Positions 49,765 to 61,195 of a DNA stretch of 64,000 nt are shown piece by piece. Position 1 is the stretch's first letter. The number at the start of each line of letters is the position of its first letter. Made by a program: the position numbers and the translations under genes. The notes under the pieces were generated by a model. It was not told where the DNA came from. It worked only from the letters and a program-made list of their open reading frames with translations, and ran no database searches. Source of the stretch: Octopus sinensis (taxonomy: Eukaryota); NCBI RefSeq assembly GCF_006345805.1, contig NC_043007.1, forward strand, positions 12,834,001 to 12,898,000, given 5' to 3'.

Positions 49765-50410
49765 AGAGGGGAGGAAGAAATGTCGAACATTCCAGAGAGG
49801 GGGATTTGAGAAGTGAAGGTGAAGAAGGGAAGGAAGGAATGTTGAACATTCCAGAGAGGGGGATTTGAGAAATACAGGGGAGGAAGGGAAGGAGGGAATG
49901 TTGAACATTCCACAAAGAGGGATTTGAGAAATAAAGGGGAGGAAGGGAAGGAGGGAATGTTGAATATTCCAGAGAGGGGGATTTGAGAAGTGAAGGGGAG
50001 GAAGAGGAGGATGAAATGTTGAATATTCCAGAGAGGGGGATTATAGAAGTGAAGGGGAGGAAGGAATGTTGAACATTCCTGAGAAGGGGATTTTAGAAGT
50101 GAAAGGGAGGAAGGGATTGAAGGAATGTTGAAAATTCCAGAGAGGGGGATTTCACGAATGAAGGGAGGAAGCAATGTTGAACATACCACAGGGGGATTTG
50201 AGAAGTGAAGGGGAAGAAGGAATGTTTAACATTCCAGTGAGTGGGATTTTAGGAGAGAGGGGGAGGAAGGAATGTTGAACATTCCAGAGAGGGGGATTTG
50301 AGAAGTGAAGGGGTGGAAGGAATTTTTAACATTCCATAGAGAGGGATTTGAGAAGTGAAGGGGAGGAAGGGGAGGAAGGAATGTTGAACATTCCAGAGAT
50401 GGGGATTGGT
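49765..50410 (+). repeat. Purine-rich minisatellite, ~12 copies of a 48-60-bp unit
   Basis: GGAATGTTGAACATTCCAGAGAGGGGGATTTGAGAAGTGAAGGGGAGGAA repeated. Confidence 0.92.
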
Positions 50411-50570
50411 GAAGTTCCACACTTTCTAGAAATTCCACACATTCCACACATCCCACTCATTCCAGTCATTATAAACATTCTAGAAATTCCACACATTCCA
50501 AACATTCATGCCATTCCGTGACATTCCATACCTAGACGTGACGTGACATTCCATTTAACGTCATTTGATA
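50411..50570 (+). repeat. Right cap of the composite: CATTCC repeats grading into ACGTGACGTGAC / TTTAACGTCA
   Basis: Read directly; same motifs as 60528-61195. Confidence 0.75.
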
Positions 50571-50771
50571 TTCACAAAGGGAGGTCATCCCCTCTCGAAA
50601 ACCTAAGTGATACGCATGGACTGCAGTTTCGAGATTATTGTCTCTTGTCAACATACGCTAATCACCGGTTTTCGATGAGGGGAGACCTATTTGCGAATAT
50701 TCATTTAATGTTTTTCCCAGTAACCACTGTCACTGATTTCGAAAAACGGTCTGAAAGCAATAATAAATCTC

Positions 50772-50996
50772 TGAGTGAGATGTAAACAGTAAGCGCTCGA
50801 CAACGTAAAGTATACTAGCCATCTCAATATGGCTAACCACTAGGGGTGGGTGTTACTGTAGCTTTCTAAAGCCAGCTGGAGACGATGATCTCCTGGGGCT
50901 AAAAAGCTACAGTAACACCCACCCCTAGTGGTTAGTCATATTGAGATGGCTAGTATACTTTACGTTGTCGAGCGCTTACTGTTTACATCTCACTCA
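50772..50996. repeat. Fold-back hairpin, ~95-bp arms
   Basis: TGAGTGAGATGTAAACAGTAAGCGCTCGAC... / ...GTCGAGCGCTTACTGTTTACATCTCACTCA. Confidence 0.92.
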
Positions 50997-51087
50997 ATAA
51001 TATTGTTGTTACTGATAAACATAGTAGTGTATATACGTTGTAACGTATTTACATGAATAAACGACGCATGGTATACCCAATGTAATA

Positions 51088-51320
51088 TATTTCTGTACTA
51101 CCCACAAGGGGCCAAACACAGAGGGGACAAACAAGGACAGACAAAGGGATTAAGTCGATTACATCGACCCCAGTGCGTAACTGGTACTTAATTTATCGAC
51201 CCCGAAAGGATGAAAGGCAAAGTCGACCTCGGCGGAATTTGAACCCGGAACGTAACGACAGACGAAATACGGCTACGCATTTCGCCCGGCGTGCTAACGT
51301 TTCTGCCAGTTCGACGCCTT
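51088..51320 (-). mobile_element. Family A SINE, young copy
   Basis: Close to consensus; flanked by a duplicated ATACCCAATGTAATATAT (about 51073 and 51323), a probable TSD. Confidence 0.88.
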
Positions 51321-51571
51321 AAATACCCAATGTAATATATTGTTCAATGGTGTTCATTAATGTATTTTGCGCATGTGAATAGTATATACGCTTTGCTTAT
51401 GTATGTATATGTGTGTATATATGTAGTTTTTTTATATGTATGTATATATATATATATGTATGTATATATGTATATTTGGATATTTGTCTATTGTTTATTT
51501 GTATATATTAAGTAATACGTGCAGCGTGTTTAGTATATTAATATTATTATTATATTTTAAAGTTATTTATA

Positions 51572-51708
51572 ACCTCTGACGAGGCCTATTGTTCTTTTAA
51601 CATATAAGTATTATATTTTTTAAATGCCTACAACCTTAGTATATTGACATCTAGAGGCAATGAAAATTTGATTCGCTTTTGACCATAGGCTGAAACAGCT
51701 GTAAGAAG
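51572..51708 (+). ncRNA. Hammerhead-like motif with long stem II loop
   Basis: CTGACGA-GGCCTAT-(~95 nt)-ATAGGCT-GAAAC AGCT GT A-AGAAG; stem I poorly paired. Confidence 0.45.
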
Positions 51709-51904
51709 TAATTTCTGAATTCAATAATTTATAACATGACTTTTAAAATCTGTATTTGTATTATTATCTTATCTATTGATTTATATAATATTTTGTATGC
51801 TTTTGATGTCCCCATTTGCAAAATGAATAAATAATCTAACATTATAATATCCGTAAGTTGATGAACAAACTAAATTTGTTTCTTCTCTCATTTCTTATAT
51901 GTAT

Positions 51905-51949
<45 letters not shown>

Positions 51950-51952
51950 ATA

Positions 51953-51978
<26 letters not shown>

Positions 51979-51983
<5 letters not shown>

Positions 51984-52181
51984 TGGCAGGGCTTACTGCT
52001 AGGGAGTCGGCCGTATGCTAGAAATAGACCATCAACGATCAAACTACAAGGAAATTCTCTAGAGGAGAATTTTTCCTGTATTTCCTGTATTTTTCCTCTA
52101 GAGAATTTCCTTGTAGTTTAATCGTTGATGGTCTATTTCTAGCATACGGCCGACTCCCTAGCAGTAAGCCCTGCCAATATA
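51979..52181. repeat. Fold-back hairpin, ~88-bp arms, in (TA)n
   Basis: TATTGGCAGGGCTTACTGCTAGGGAGTCGGCCG... / ...CGGCCGACTCCCTAGCAGTAAGCCCTGCCAATA. Confidence 0.92.
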
Positions 52182-52303
52182 CACATATATTAGAATTTTC
52201 TCTGATTTCTCAGATTTTTGTATGCTGGACTACTGGTTTTAAATTGATATTAAATTAATATTATTTATCTCCCTCATTATTAAATATATATATATATATA
52301 TAT

Positions 52304-52355
<52 letters not shown>

Positions 52356-52364
52356 TATATATCA

Positions 52365-52668
52365 CCGTGACCGACCAGGCTATCAGATGAGTTCCTATAC
52401 ATCGCTGGTCATAATGCGCTTCGTATTGTTTTAGCCTTCAAATGGCGCCACCCTGCTGGCTAAGCGAGCAAGCCAACAGAAGAAAGAGGGAGAGAAAGTT
52501 GTGGCGAAAGAGTACGGCAGGGATCACCACCACCACGCCCTGCCGGAGCCTCTTGGAGCTTTAGGTGTTTTCACTCAATAAACACTCACAACGCCCGGTA
52601 TTGGAATCGAAACCGCGATCCTACGACCGCGCGTCCACTACCCTAACCACTGAGTCATTGCACCTCTA
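52365..52668 (-). mobile_element. Family D SINE
   Basis: Reverse complement of 24253-24625. Confidence 0.8.
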
Positions 52669-52957
52669 CACACACACACACACACACAACACACACACAC
52701 ACACACATATATATATACACACGTAATTACGATAGTCATTATTTAATGATTTATCAGTGGCCAGCATACTAAAATACCTTAATGATTAATTTAAAAAAAA
52801 CATTATACATTAACCATTATGGTATTATATATATATAGGCGCAGGAGTGGCTGTGTGGTATATATGTATATATATATATGCGTGTATGTGTTTGTGTGTC
52901 TGTATTTGTCCCCCTAGCATTGCTTGACAAATGATGCTGGTGTGTTTATGTCCTCGT

Positions 52958-53105
<148 letters not shown>

Positions 53106-53120
53106 TTATTATATAGAAGG

Positions 53121-53170
53121 AGCTTCTACAGGACTAGAACTGTTTCATTCAACAGAATCTTCAGGAAGCT
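53121..53170 (-). ncRNA. Type I hammerhead motif (left arm)
   Basis: Reverse complement AGCTTC-CTGAAGA-TTCTGTTGAAT-GAAAC AG TTCTAGTC CTGT A-GAAGCT. Confidence 0.65.
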
Positions 53171-53508
53171 AGTTAACAAGAATTGTATTGGCATTTATAC
53201 ATTTAGGCAGGTTTAAAGGGGTGGTGGTGGGGGACTTTTTGGGGGTAGGCATAGCGCAAAATATCATACTTGGGGGAGTGGTCAAGGAGTCAGTGGTAAA
53301 TTAGATAAAAGAATAAATAAAAAAATATATATATATATATATATTAAAGAATAGAGTTTTAGGTAAATAAGGAGATTCTCACTTATACCTATACACATAT
53401 GTATACATATATACACACACATACATACATATATACATACACACATACATACACACACACACATATACATATATATACACATACACATACATATACATAT
53501 CTACACAT

Positions 53509-53545
<37 letters not shown>

Positions 53546-54119
53546 CACTCACTCACATGCATACACGTATACACACATGTATATATACACAAACGACCAC
53601 ACATACATATACACACAGAAAAATATATATACATACATACACACATACACACATGCACACACAGCACACTAGTCCCTATATACACATATATACACATACA
53701 CACACATATTACTACACATACATACACATACATATATATTATATATATATATATATTATACATATGTGTACCTATACATACCTACACATACACACATATA
53801 TATACATACAATACAGACCCATTCCCTAATTTTAATTTTATTATCTTCATTTATTACTTTTGTTATCTTTGATCGCTGGTCCCAAGGATCTTGGCTATGA
53901 CAGCAAGTCCATTTATCTGTCTACTTGAAAACAAGCACTCATTCACGCACGCACACTCATTAGCACGTACACTCACTCATTCGTACACTCATACACATAC
54001 ACGCACGCACGCACGCGTTATATTCATACATACATACATCTACATACATTCACGTATATACACATACGTACGCGTACCTACAGATTCATGTCTACACTCT
54101 TAGAAGGCTAGTCTGTACA

Positions 54120-54278
54120 GGAGGCCATACCTGCTGTGACCTCTGCATATCGGAGAGCCTAGAGATCTTGTTCGCCAAAGGCCCTCTCCTTAACAAATTC
54201 TCAGAACACTCCCCAAATTGCATGCATAAGAAGTATGCGAACTACAAGAACTATAGACCTACCCGGCAACCAGATTGA
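54120..54278 (+). pseudogene. C-terminal fragment of a Penelope GIY-YIG endonuclease ORF
   Basis: GGHTCCDLCISESLEILFAKGPLLNKFSEHSPNCMHKK...stop matches the PLE terminal motif CxLCxxE.L.I....LLNK.SE...C.H. Not in the ORF track. Confidence 0.75.
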
Positions 54279-54493
54279 TGACACCCCACCCACAACCCCC
54301 CCAATCCACCGTTCCCCAAGCCCCCCGATTACCTTTTCTCCTAAGACCTTTCACATATTGTATGTGCACGCTTGTATATGTGTATCGTATATATGTATAG
54401 AAATGTATGGGTATATAAGAATATACGCATGTATTATGTGTGTGTGTGTGTGTGTGTATGTATGTAAAAATATATATATATATATGTATGTGC

Positions 54494-54526
<33 letters not shown>

Positions 54527-54948
54527 TATATGTATATATGTATGTATTATATATATGTGTGTATGCATATGTATGTGTATATGTATGTGTGTATGTATGT
54601 GTATGTATGTATAAAATATTATATAATTAGGGCTTAGTAAAATAATTACTTTGCCACATACTGAACTTTCTAGAAATAGCAGCCAAAAAAGTTTTTTTTA
54701 GCCTCTTCCACTACTTAGAGAATATTTTCCCTCAGACATTGTTTACTCAAAATAATAATGGTCCTTTTACATACTGAATACTTGGTGAAATTGATTAATA
54801 ACTAATTAACTTTACCCTCAATTGTTGATATATGTATGTGTGTGTATATATATGTATATGTGTATATATATATGTACATGTATGTATATGTATGTATGTA
54901 TATATATGTGTATGTATGTATATATATATATATGTATGTGTGTGTGTG

Positions 54949-54989
<41 letters not shown>

Positions 54990-55245
54990 ATATATATATG
55001 TATGTATGTGTGTGTATATGTGTATTATGTATATATTATATATATATATATATATGTGTATATGTATATGTATGTGTGTGTGTATATGTAGATATGTGTA
55101 TATAATGAGTGTACGCGAGTATGTCGATGTATATGTAGGTATGTAGAGTTATGTGTACGTGCATGTATGTGAGTGTAGATACAAATTGTAGATGTGTATA
55201 TATATATGTGTGTGTATATATACATGTTATATAGTGTATGTATGG

Positions 55246-55305
<60 letters not shown>

Positions 55306-55902
55306 ATATATATATAATATATATTATATATATATATGAATATGCAGTATGTAGAGATATAAGTATGTGCATGTGTATATATATGTATAGGTATGTGTAT
55401 GTGTATGTATGTATATATATATGTGTTGTGTATGTATGCATATATGTATGTATGTATGTATGTATATATTGTATGTATATATGTGTGTAAGTGTGTGCAT
55501 ATATGTATATGTAAGTGTGTGTGCGTGTATGAGTATGTATGTATGTTTGCACACATGTATATGTGTGTGTGTGTGTATATATGGATGCGCGTGTGTGTGT
55601 GTGTGGTGTATGGGTACGCATGTACATGTGTATGTGCGTGTATGTGTATATGTGTATGTATGTATGTGTGTGCGTATATTTGTATATTGTATGTATATGT
55701 ATGTATGTGTGTATATATATATATATAATGTGTGTGTGTATGTGTATAAATGTATGTATGTATGGATGTATGGATGTATGTATGTATGTATACGTATGTA
55801 TGTGTATGTGTGTATATGTATGTATGTGTATGTGTGTATATATATGTGTGTATATATATTTGTGTATATATATATATATGTATATATGTGTGTATATATA
55901 TG

Positions 55903-55951
<49 letters not shown>

Positions 55952-56408
55952 ATTTGTATGTAGGTGTATATGTATGTGTGTATATATATATATTTATTGG
56001 TGTATATGTATAGACTAGCCTTCTAAGAGTGTAGACATGAATCTGTAGGTACGCGTACGTATGTGTATATACGTGAATGTATGTAGATGTATGTATGTAT
56101 GAATATAACGCGTGCGTGCGTGTATGTGTATGAGTGTACGAATGAGTGAGTGTACGTGCTAATGAGTGTGCGTGCGTGAATGAGTGCTTGTTTTCAAGTA
56201 GACAGATAAATGGACTTGCTGTCATAGCCAAGATGTTTGTGACCAGCGATCAAAGATAACAAAAGTAATAAATGAAGATAATAAAATTAAAATTAGGGAA
56301 TGGGTCTGTATTTGTATGTATATATATGTGTGTATGTGTAGGTATGTATAGGTACACATATGTATATATATATAATATATATATAATATATATATATATA
56401 TTATATAT

Positions 56409-56438
<30 letters not shown>

Positions 56439-56440
<2 letters not shown>

Positions 56441-56560
56441 ATTAATCAATATAGGGTGGCAAGGAAATTTTGTAGAATTTTATTGCCACCAGGCCCAGTG
56501 GGCCGCTGGTGGCAATAAAATTCTACAAAATTTTCCTTGCCACCCTATATTGATTAATTA
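56439..56560. repeat. Near-perfect hairpin (~55-bp arms)
   Basis: TAATTAATCAATATAGGGTGGCAAGGAAATTTTGTAGAATTTTATTGCCACCAG / its reverse complement. Confidence 0.92.
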
Positions 56561-56713
56561 TGAATTTTTTGGTTAATTCCGTAATGGAATCGACGGCTGA
56601 TATTTATTTGCTGCCGATAAATTTGGCGCGAGTGCGACGATTTGAAATTTTAGGTCAGATATTGACTTGGCAAGATTGGGTATGCCTCGTGTAAATATCT
56701 TTCCGACTTGAGC

Positions 56714-56822
56714 TATTTCTTGCTGAAGAATCCGAGGGCTTATGGAAGATTGGCTTGATTTAATTTAATCAGGTTAGTTTACCATTAAACAGCGGATGAA
56801 ACGGTATACCGTACAAGAAATA
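56714..56822 (+). ncRNA. Intact type I hammerhead ribozyme
   Basis: TATTTCTTG-CTGAAGA-ATCCG...CGGAT-GAAAC GGTATACC GT A-CAAGAAATA; 9-bp stem I, 5-bp stem II, palindromic stem III. Confidence 0.85.
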
Positions 56823-57517
56823 CAGGGTAAATGTTTTTTTAATTTTCTCCTGTTTACGGAATTAATCTTTATTTGCGGTAGAAGCTTTGGCTGTTATTTC
56901 TAGTGGGTGAATGGCCTATTATGGCCGTTCCTTAATTGTTAATATATATATATATATATAATATATATATATATATATGTTAGTGTATGTATGTGTATGT
57001 ATATATGTGTGTGTATGTGTATATATGTGTATATAGGGACTAGTGTGCGTGTGTGCATGTGTGTGTGTGTGTATGTATATATATTTTTTTTTCTGTGTGT
57101 ATATGTATGTGTGGTCGTTTGTGTATATATACATGCGTGTATACGTGTATGCATGTGAGTGAGTGTATGTATATATATATATATATATGTGGTATATATG
57201 TAGATATGTGTATGTGTGTATGTGTTTATATATGTATATGTGTGTGTGTGTATGTATGTGTGCATGTTATATGTATGTATGTGTGTGTATAGGTATAAGT
57301 GAGATTCTCCTTATTTACCTAAAACTCTATTCTTTTTTATATATATTTTTATTTATTTTTTTTTTTTTTATTTATTCTTTTATCTAATTTACCACTGACT
57401 CCTTGACCACTCCCCCAAGTATGATATTTTGCGCTATGCCTACCCCCAAAAAGTCCCCCACCACCACCCCTTTAAACCTGCCTAAATGTATAAATGCCAA
57501 TACAATTCTTGTTAACT

Positions 57518-57568
57518 AGCTTCCTGAAGATTTCTCTTGAATGAAACAGTTCTAGTCCTGTAGAAGCT
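57518..57568 (+). ncRNA. Type I hammerhead motif (right arm)
   Basis: AGCTTC-CTGAAGA-TTTCTCTTGAAT-GAAAC AG TTCTAGTC CTGT A-GAAGCT; 6-bp stem I, 4-bp stem III, GUA site after 57562. Confidence 0.68.
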
Positions 57569-57672
57569 CCTTCTATATAATAAATTAATTTTACTCTGCT
57601 ATGTATTGAGTACCTTATTTACTGTGGTTAACCCCGAATCATACAACCCGGGACCTAATATATATATATATA

Positions 57673-57748
<76 letters not shown>

Positions 57749-57763
57749 GTATATATATATATG

Positions 57764-57865
<102 letters not shown>

Positions 57866-58501
57866 ATATATATATATATAGTGTCTTTTACTATAGACTC
57901 GGCCCGACCAAAGTTTTGTAAGTGGATTTGGTAGACGGAAACTGAAAGAATATATATATATATATATACACACACATAGATACACTCTTTAACTATTGTA
58001 AACCCTACGAATATTTTAAGAGAAAGAATAAGTGTACGTTGTCATAAAAAGAAGTAACAATAGGGGAAATAATTGTAATAAGAAGCAGATTTATATTCTA
58101 TCTGCTTAAAACCAGACAAGCAGAAAAAAATGCCTCATACTGATAATTATGGCCCGTGAAAATATTGGTTTGAACTTAAGTTAATAACCAACTATATCAG
58201 AGAAGTGAAGTGTGCGTGTGTATACACACACACTCTCTCTCTCTCTCTCTCACACACACACATACGTACACGCACATATATATATATATGTATGTAAATA
58301 CACACACACACATACATACACACACTCACGTATAAAATTATCTGCGACGTGGGTGGCCATCCGAATATTAAGCACAATAAAACCGGACACCGTTGCGGCA
58401 CAAAATTCAAGAGTCACTCTTTAAGACATGTCACCCATCAGAAGAACATTGAAAAGAAATAATAAAATAAATGTAATTAAAAAGCAAAAAAAAAATAAAT
58501 A

Positions 58502-58563
<62 letters not shown>

Positions 58564-59002
58564 TATAAGAAAATAATAAAACAAACAACAAAATTGCAAG
58601 TCGCCGGTGAAGTCGTATTATTTACATGGAGGGTAGCCAATACGTTAAGCTCATGAAGCGGGAATCCAATATTATGTAGGCACATGAACTACCTAGAGCG
58701 ATGGGAATGTAAAAACATGGCAATTTCTCTTTATGTTAATTATCCATTACATCACACAGCATGTGACATTATCCCCTTAGTGGTGTATGTAAATATATAC
58801 TGAGATTTATTATAGAGACAAACGTGTCGTATCTCGGAGACAGAGTGGTTACAACGTTCTTTACAAGGAACCCCCAGGTTGCTGCAGCGTTGTTGTTGTT
58901 GCTTAACCCAAAGCTGGTCCTGATCCGGTAGACCTATGTTGTTGTTATTTATAAGCTCAAGACCAAACTTCATCTCGTATATATATATATATAACAAACC
59001 GA

Positions 59003-59390
59003 ATAACAATCTTCCCCTCTACAGAATAAGACTGTCATTTTGCTTCTCATTCGGATTCCCTGATATTTTCGCATGATTGTACCCAAAATTTCTTCACATA
59101 ACTGGATTATGAACTATAGGGACATGCACATATTCTGTAAGTTCAAGACTTTTTATCGGATCTCCGAGAATCGAACTTATCTGCGATTCTTGTAAATTTC
59201 AATAACAATCTGTTCCTCTACATGATGTGGCAGTCACTTTGCCTCTTACTCGGATTTTCAGAAATTTCGCATGACTGTATCCGAAATTTCTTCACATAAC
59301 TTGATTAGCAATTCAATATGAGCTATATATAGACATGCACAAATTCTGTAAGTTTAAGACCTTTCATCGGATCTCCAGGAATCGAACTTT
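59003..59390. repeat. Diverged tandem duplication, 199-bp period
   Basis: ATAACAATCT at 59003 and 59202; shared AAATTTCTTCACATAACT, GACATGCAC, TTCTGTAAGTT and ATCGGATCTCC..GAATCGAACTT. Confidence 0.85.
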
Positions 59391-59461
59391 CTTCAATGCA
59401 GTTAATCTTACACCCTCTTTTGTATCTACCCCTTTTGATGTTTGGGAATTCTCTGATGTTT

Positions 59462-59549
59462 TTTCGGCTGACGAGTACGAGCCATCTGTATTTACTGCAT
59501 TTTTTGTAGCTTATTAAAGATGTCCTCGTACGAAACAATTGTACCGAGA
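59462..59549 (+). ncRNA. Intact type I hammerhead ribozyme
   Basis: TTTCGG-CTGACGA-GTACGAG...CTCGTAC-GAAAC AATT GT A-CCGAGA; 7-bp stem II, palindromic ACAATTGT. Confidence 0.85.
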
Positions 59550-59569
59550 TTTTAATCCATTCTTGTTGC

Positions 59570-60094
59570 TTTTTTCCTATATGTATATATGTATATGTAT
59601 GTGTGTATGTGTTTGTGTGTCTGTCCACCCAACATCACTTGACAACCGATACTGGTGTGTTTACGTCCCAGTAACTTAGCGGTTCAGTAAAAGAACCGAT
59701 AGAATAAGTACTAGGCTTACAAAGAATAAGCTCTGAGGCCGATTAGTTGACAGTATACAACCACTCTATCGCTCCACCACCGCACATATCCCTATGAGAT
59801 ATTTAGAAATTTAATATTTCTGAGTATATTTTCATCAGGGTGTATTCTTTTTATCAATCAGATTATTTTCATTGTTTCTTATGTGAATTAATATAATCTA
59901 TCTTTTATTTATTTCAGTTATTAAACTGCGGCCGAGCTGGAGCACCTCCTTCAAAGGCTTAGTCAAATATATTGCCCCACAGGACTTAGTTGTAAGTGTG
60001 AGACTTATTTTTTCGGTTTCTTTTACTGAACTGCTAAGTTATAGGAACGCTAAGTTATAGGAACGTAAACAAATTCAACACTCACACACACACA

Positions 60095-60131
<37 letters not shown>

Positions 60132-60290
60132 ACACACACACACACATATATATACATGATGAGCTTTAACGCAGTTTCCATCTACCGAATTCATTCACTA
60201 GACATTTGTCGGCCCTAGACCATAGCAGAAGACACTTGCTCAGGGTGTCGCCAAATGGGACTGAACCTGAAACCAGAGTGACCTGATCAA
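59570..60290. mobile_element. Family C SINE fragments (+ at 59570-59735, diverged - at 59905-60290)
   Basis: GACAACCGATACTGGTGTGTTTACGTCCC and the reverse GGGACTGAACC. Confidence 0.65.
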
Positions 60291-60527
60291 ACAGCCACCA
60301 TGACTGGGCCGTGTCTGATTACTTCTACCAACAACATCGTCCATTGGCATCCTAATTTCTTTATCGTAAAATTTTTGTCTCATATATCCAACGATGGACC
60401 TCTTTCAATCGCTGAATGTCCCAGCTGCATTTAAAGAAATCCAGTTTCCAGTCAAGAAACCCTTAAGTAATTAAAGTCTTCAATTCTTAACCGTTAAACG
60501 ATTACATGCACTTTACATTCAATTAAA

Positions 60528-61195
60528 CATTCTGGAATGTCAGGAATGTCTGTGATGCAAGGAAAATCTGGAATCTCAGGAATGTCTGGAATGTCATTTA
60601 ACGTCATGTAACGTCAGTCATGCTCCTTCATTTAACATCACCTAACGTCGTTTAACGGCACGTCATATAACGACAGTTAACGGCACATCATGCCACGTAA
60701 TTTAACGTCACTTAAAGTCACGTCATTTCAAGCCATCCAACGACACGTCAATTTACGTCATTTAACGCAATGTCAAATAACATCACGTTAAACGACGTGT
60801 CTGGAATGTCAGGAATGGAATGTCTGGAATATCTGCAATGTCTGGAATGCCTGGAATGTCAGGAATGTTTGGAATGTCTGGAATATCCGGAATGTTAGGA
60901 ATTTCTTGAATGTCTAGAATATTCGGAATGTCAGGAATCTGGAATGTCTGGAATTTCTGGAATGTCTTGAATGTCAAGAATTTCTGGAATGTCATGAATG
61001 TTTGGAATGTCAGGAATATCTGGAATGTGAAGAACGTCAGGAATGTCTGGAATGTCATTTAACGTCACATCATGCTCCTTCATTTAACATCACCTAGCGT
61101 CGTTTAACGGCACGTCATTTAACGTCATTCAACGTCACATCAAGCCACGTAATTTAACGTCATTTAATGTCACGTCATTTCAAGCCATCCAACGC
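60528..61195. repeat. Small composite satellite: (GGAATGTCW)n blocks alternating with (TTTAACGTCAC)n blocks
   Basis: Two copies about 453 bp apart (CATGCTCCTTCATTTAACATCACC at 60619 and 61071). Confidence 0.9.

Noticed and set aside
44605-50410. CRISPR-like or telomeric interpretation of the regular repeats
   Set aside because: No unique spacers, eukaryotic context and no cas genes; no (TTAGGG)n array (a single TTAGGG lies at the 47288 inversion point).
44830-50456. ORFs with MSGMSG, ECQECL, NVRNVW, QTGSNR and RDQRRC repeats (metallothionein- or collagen-like)
   Set aside because: Direct translations of the 9-, 10- and 22-bp monomers in different frames.
59825-59850. Minus-strand CTGATGA
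   Set aside because: No stem II or correctly placed GAAA/UH.
60433-60490. Minus-strand AAGAA-TTGAAGA...GAAAC...TTCTT hammerhead remnant
   Set aside because: C3 is mutated, stem II is interrupted and stem III does not pair.
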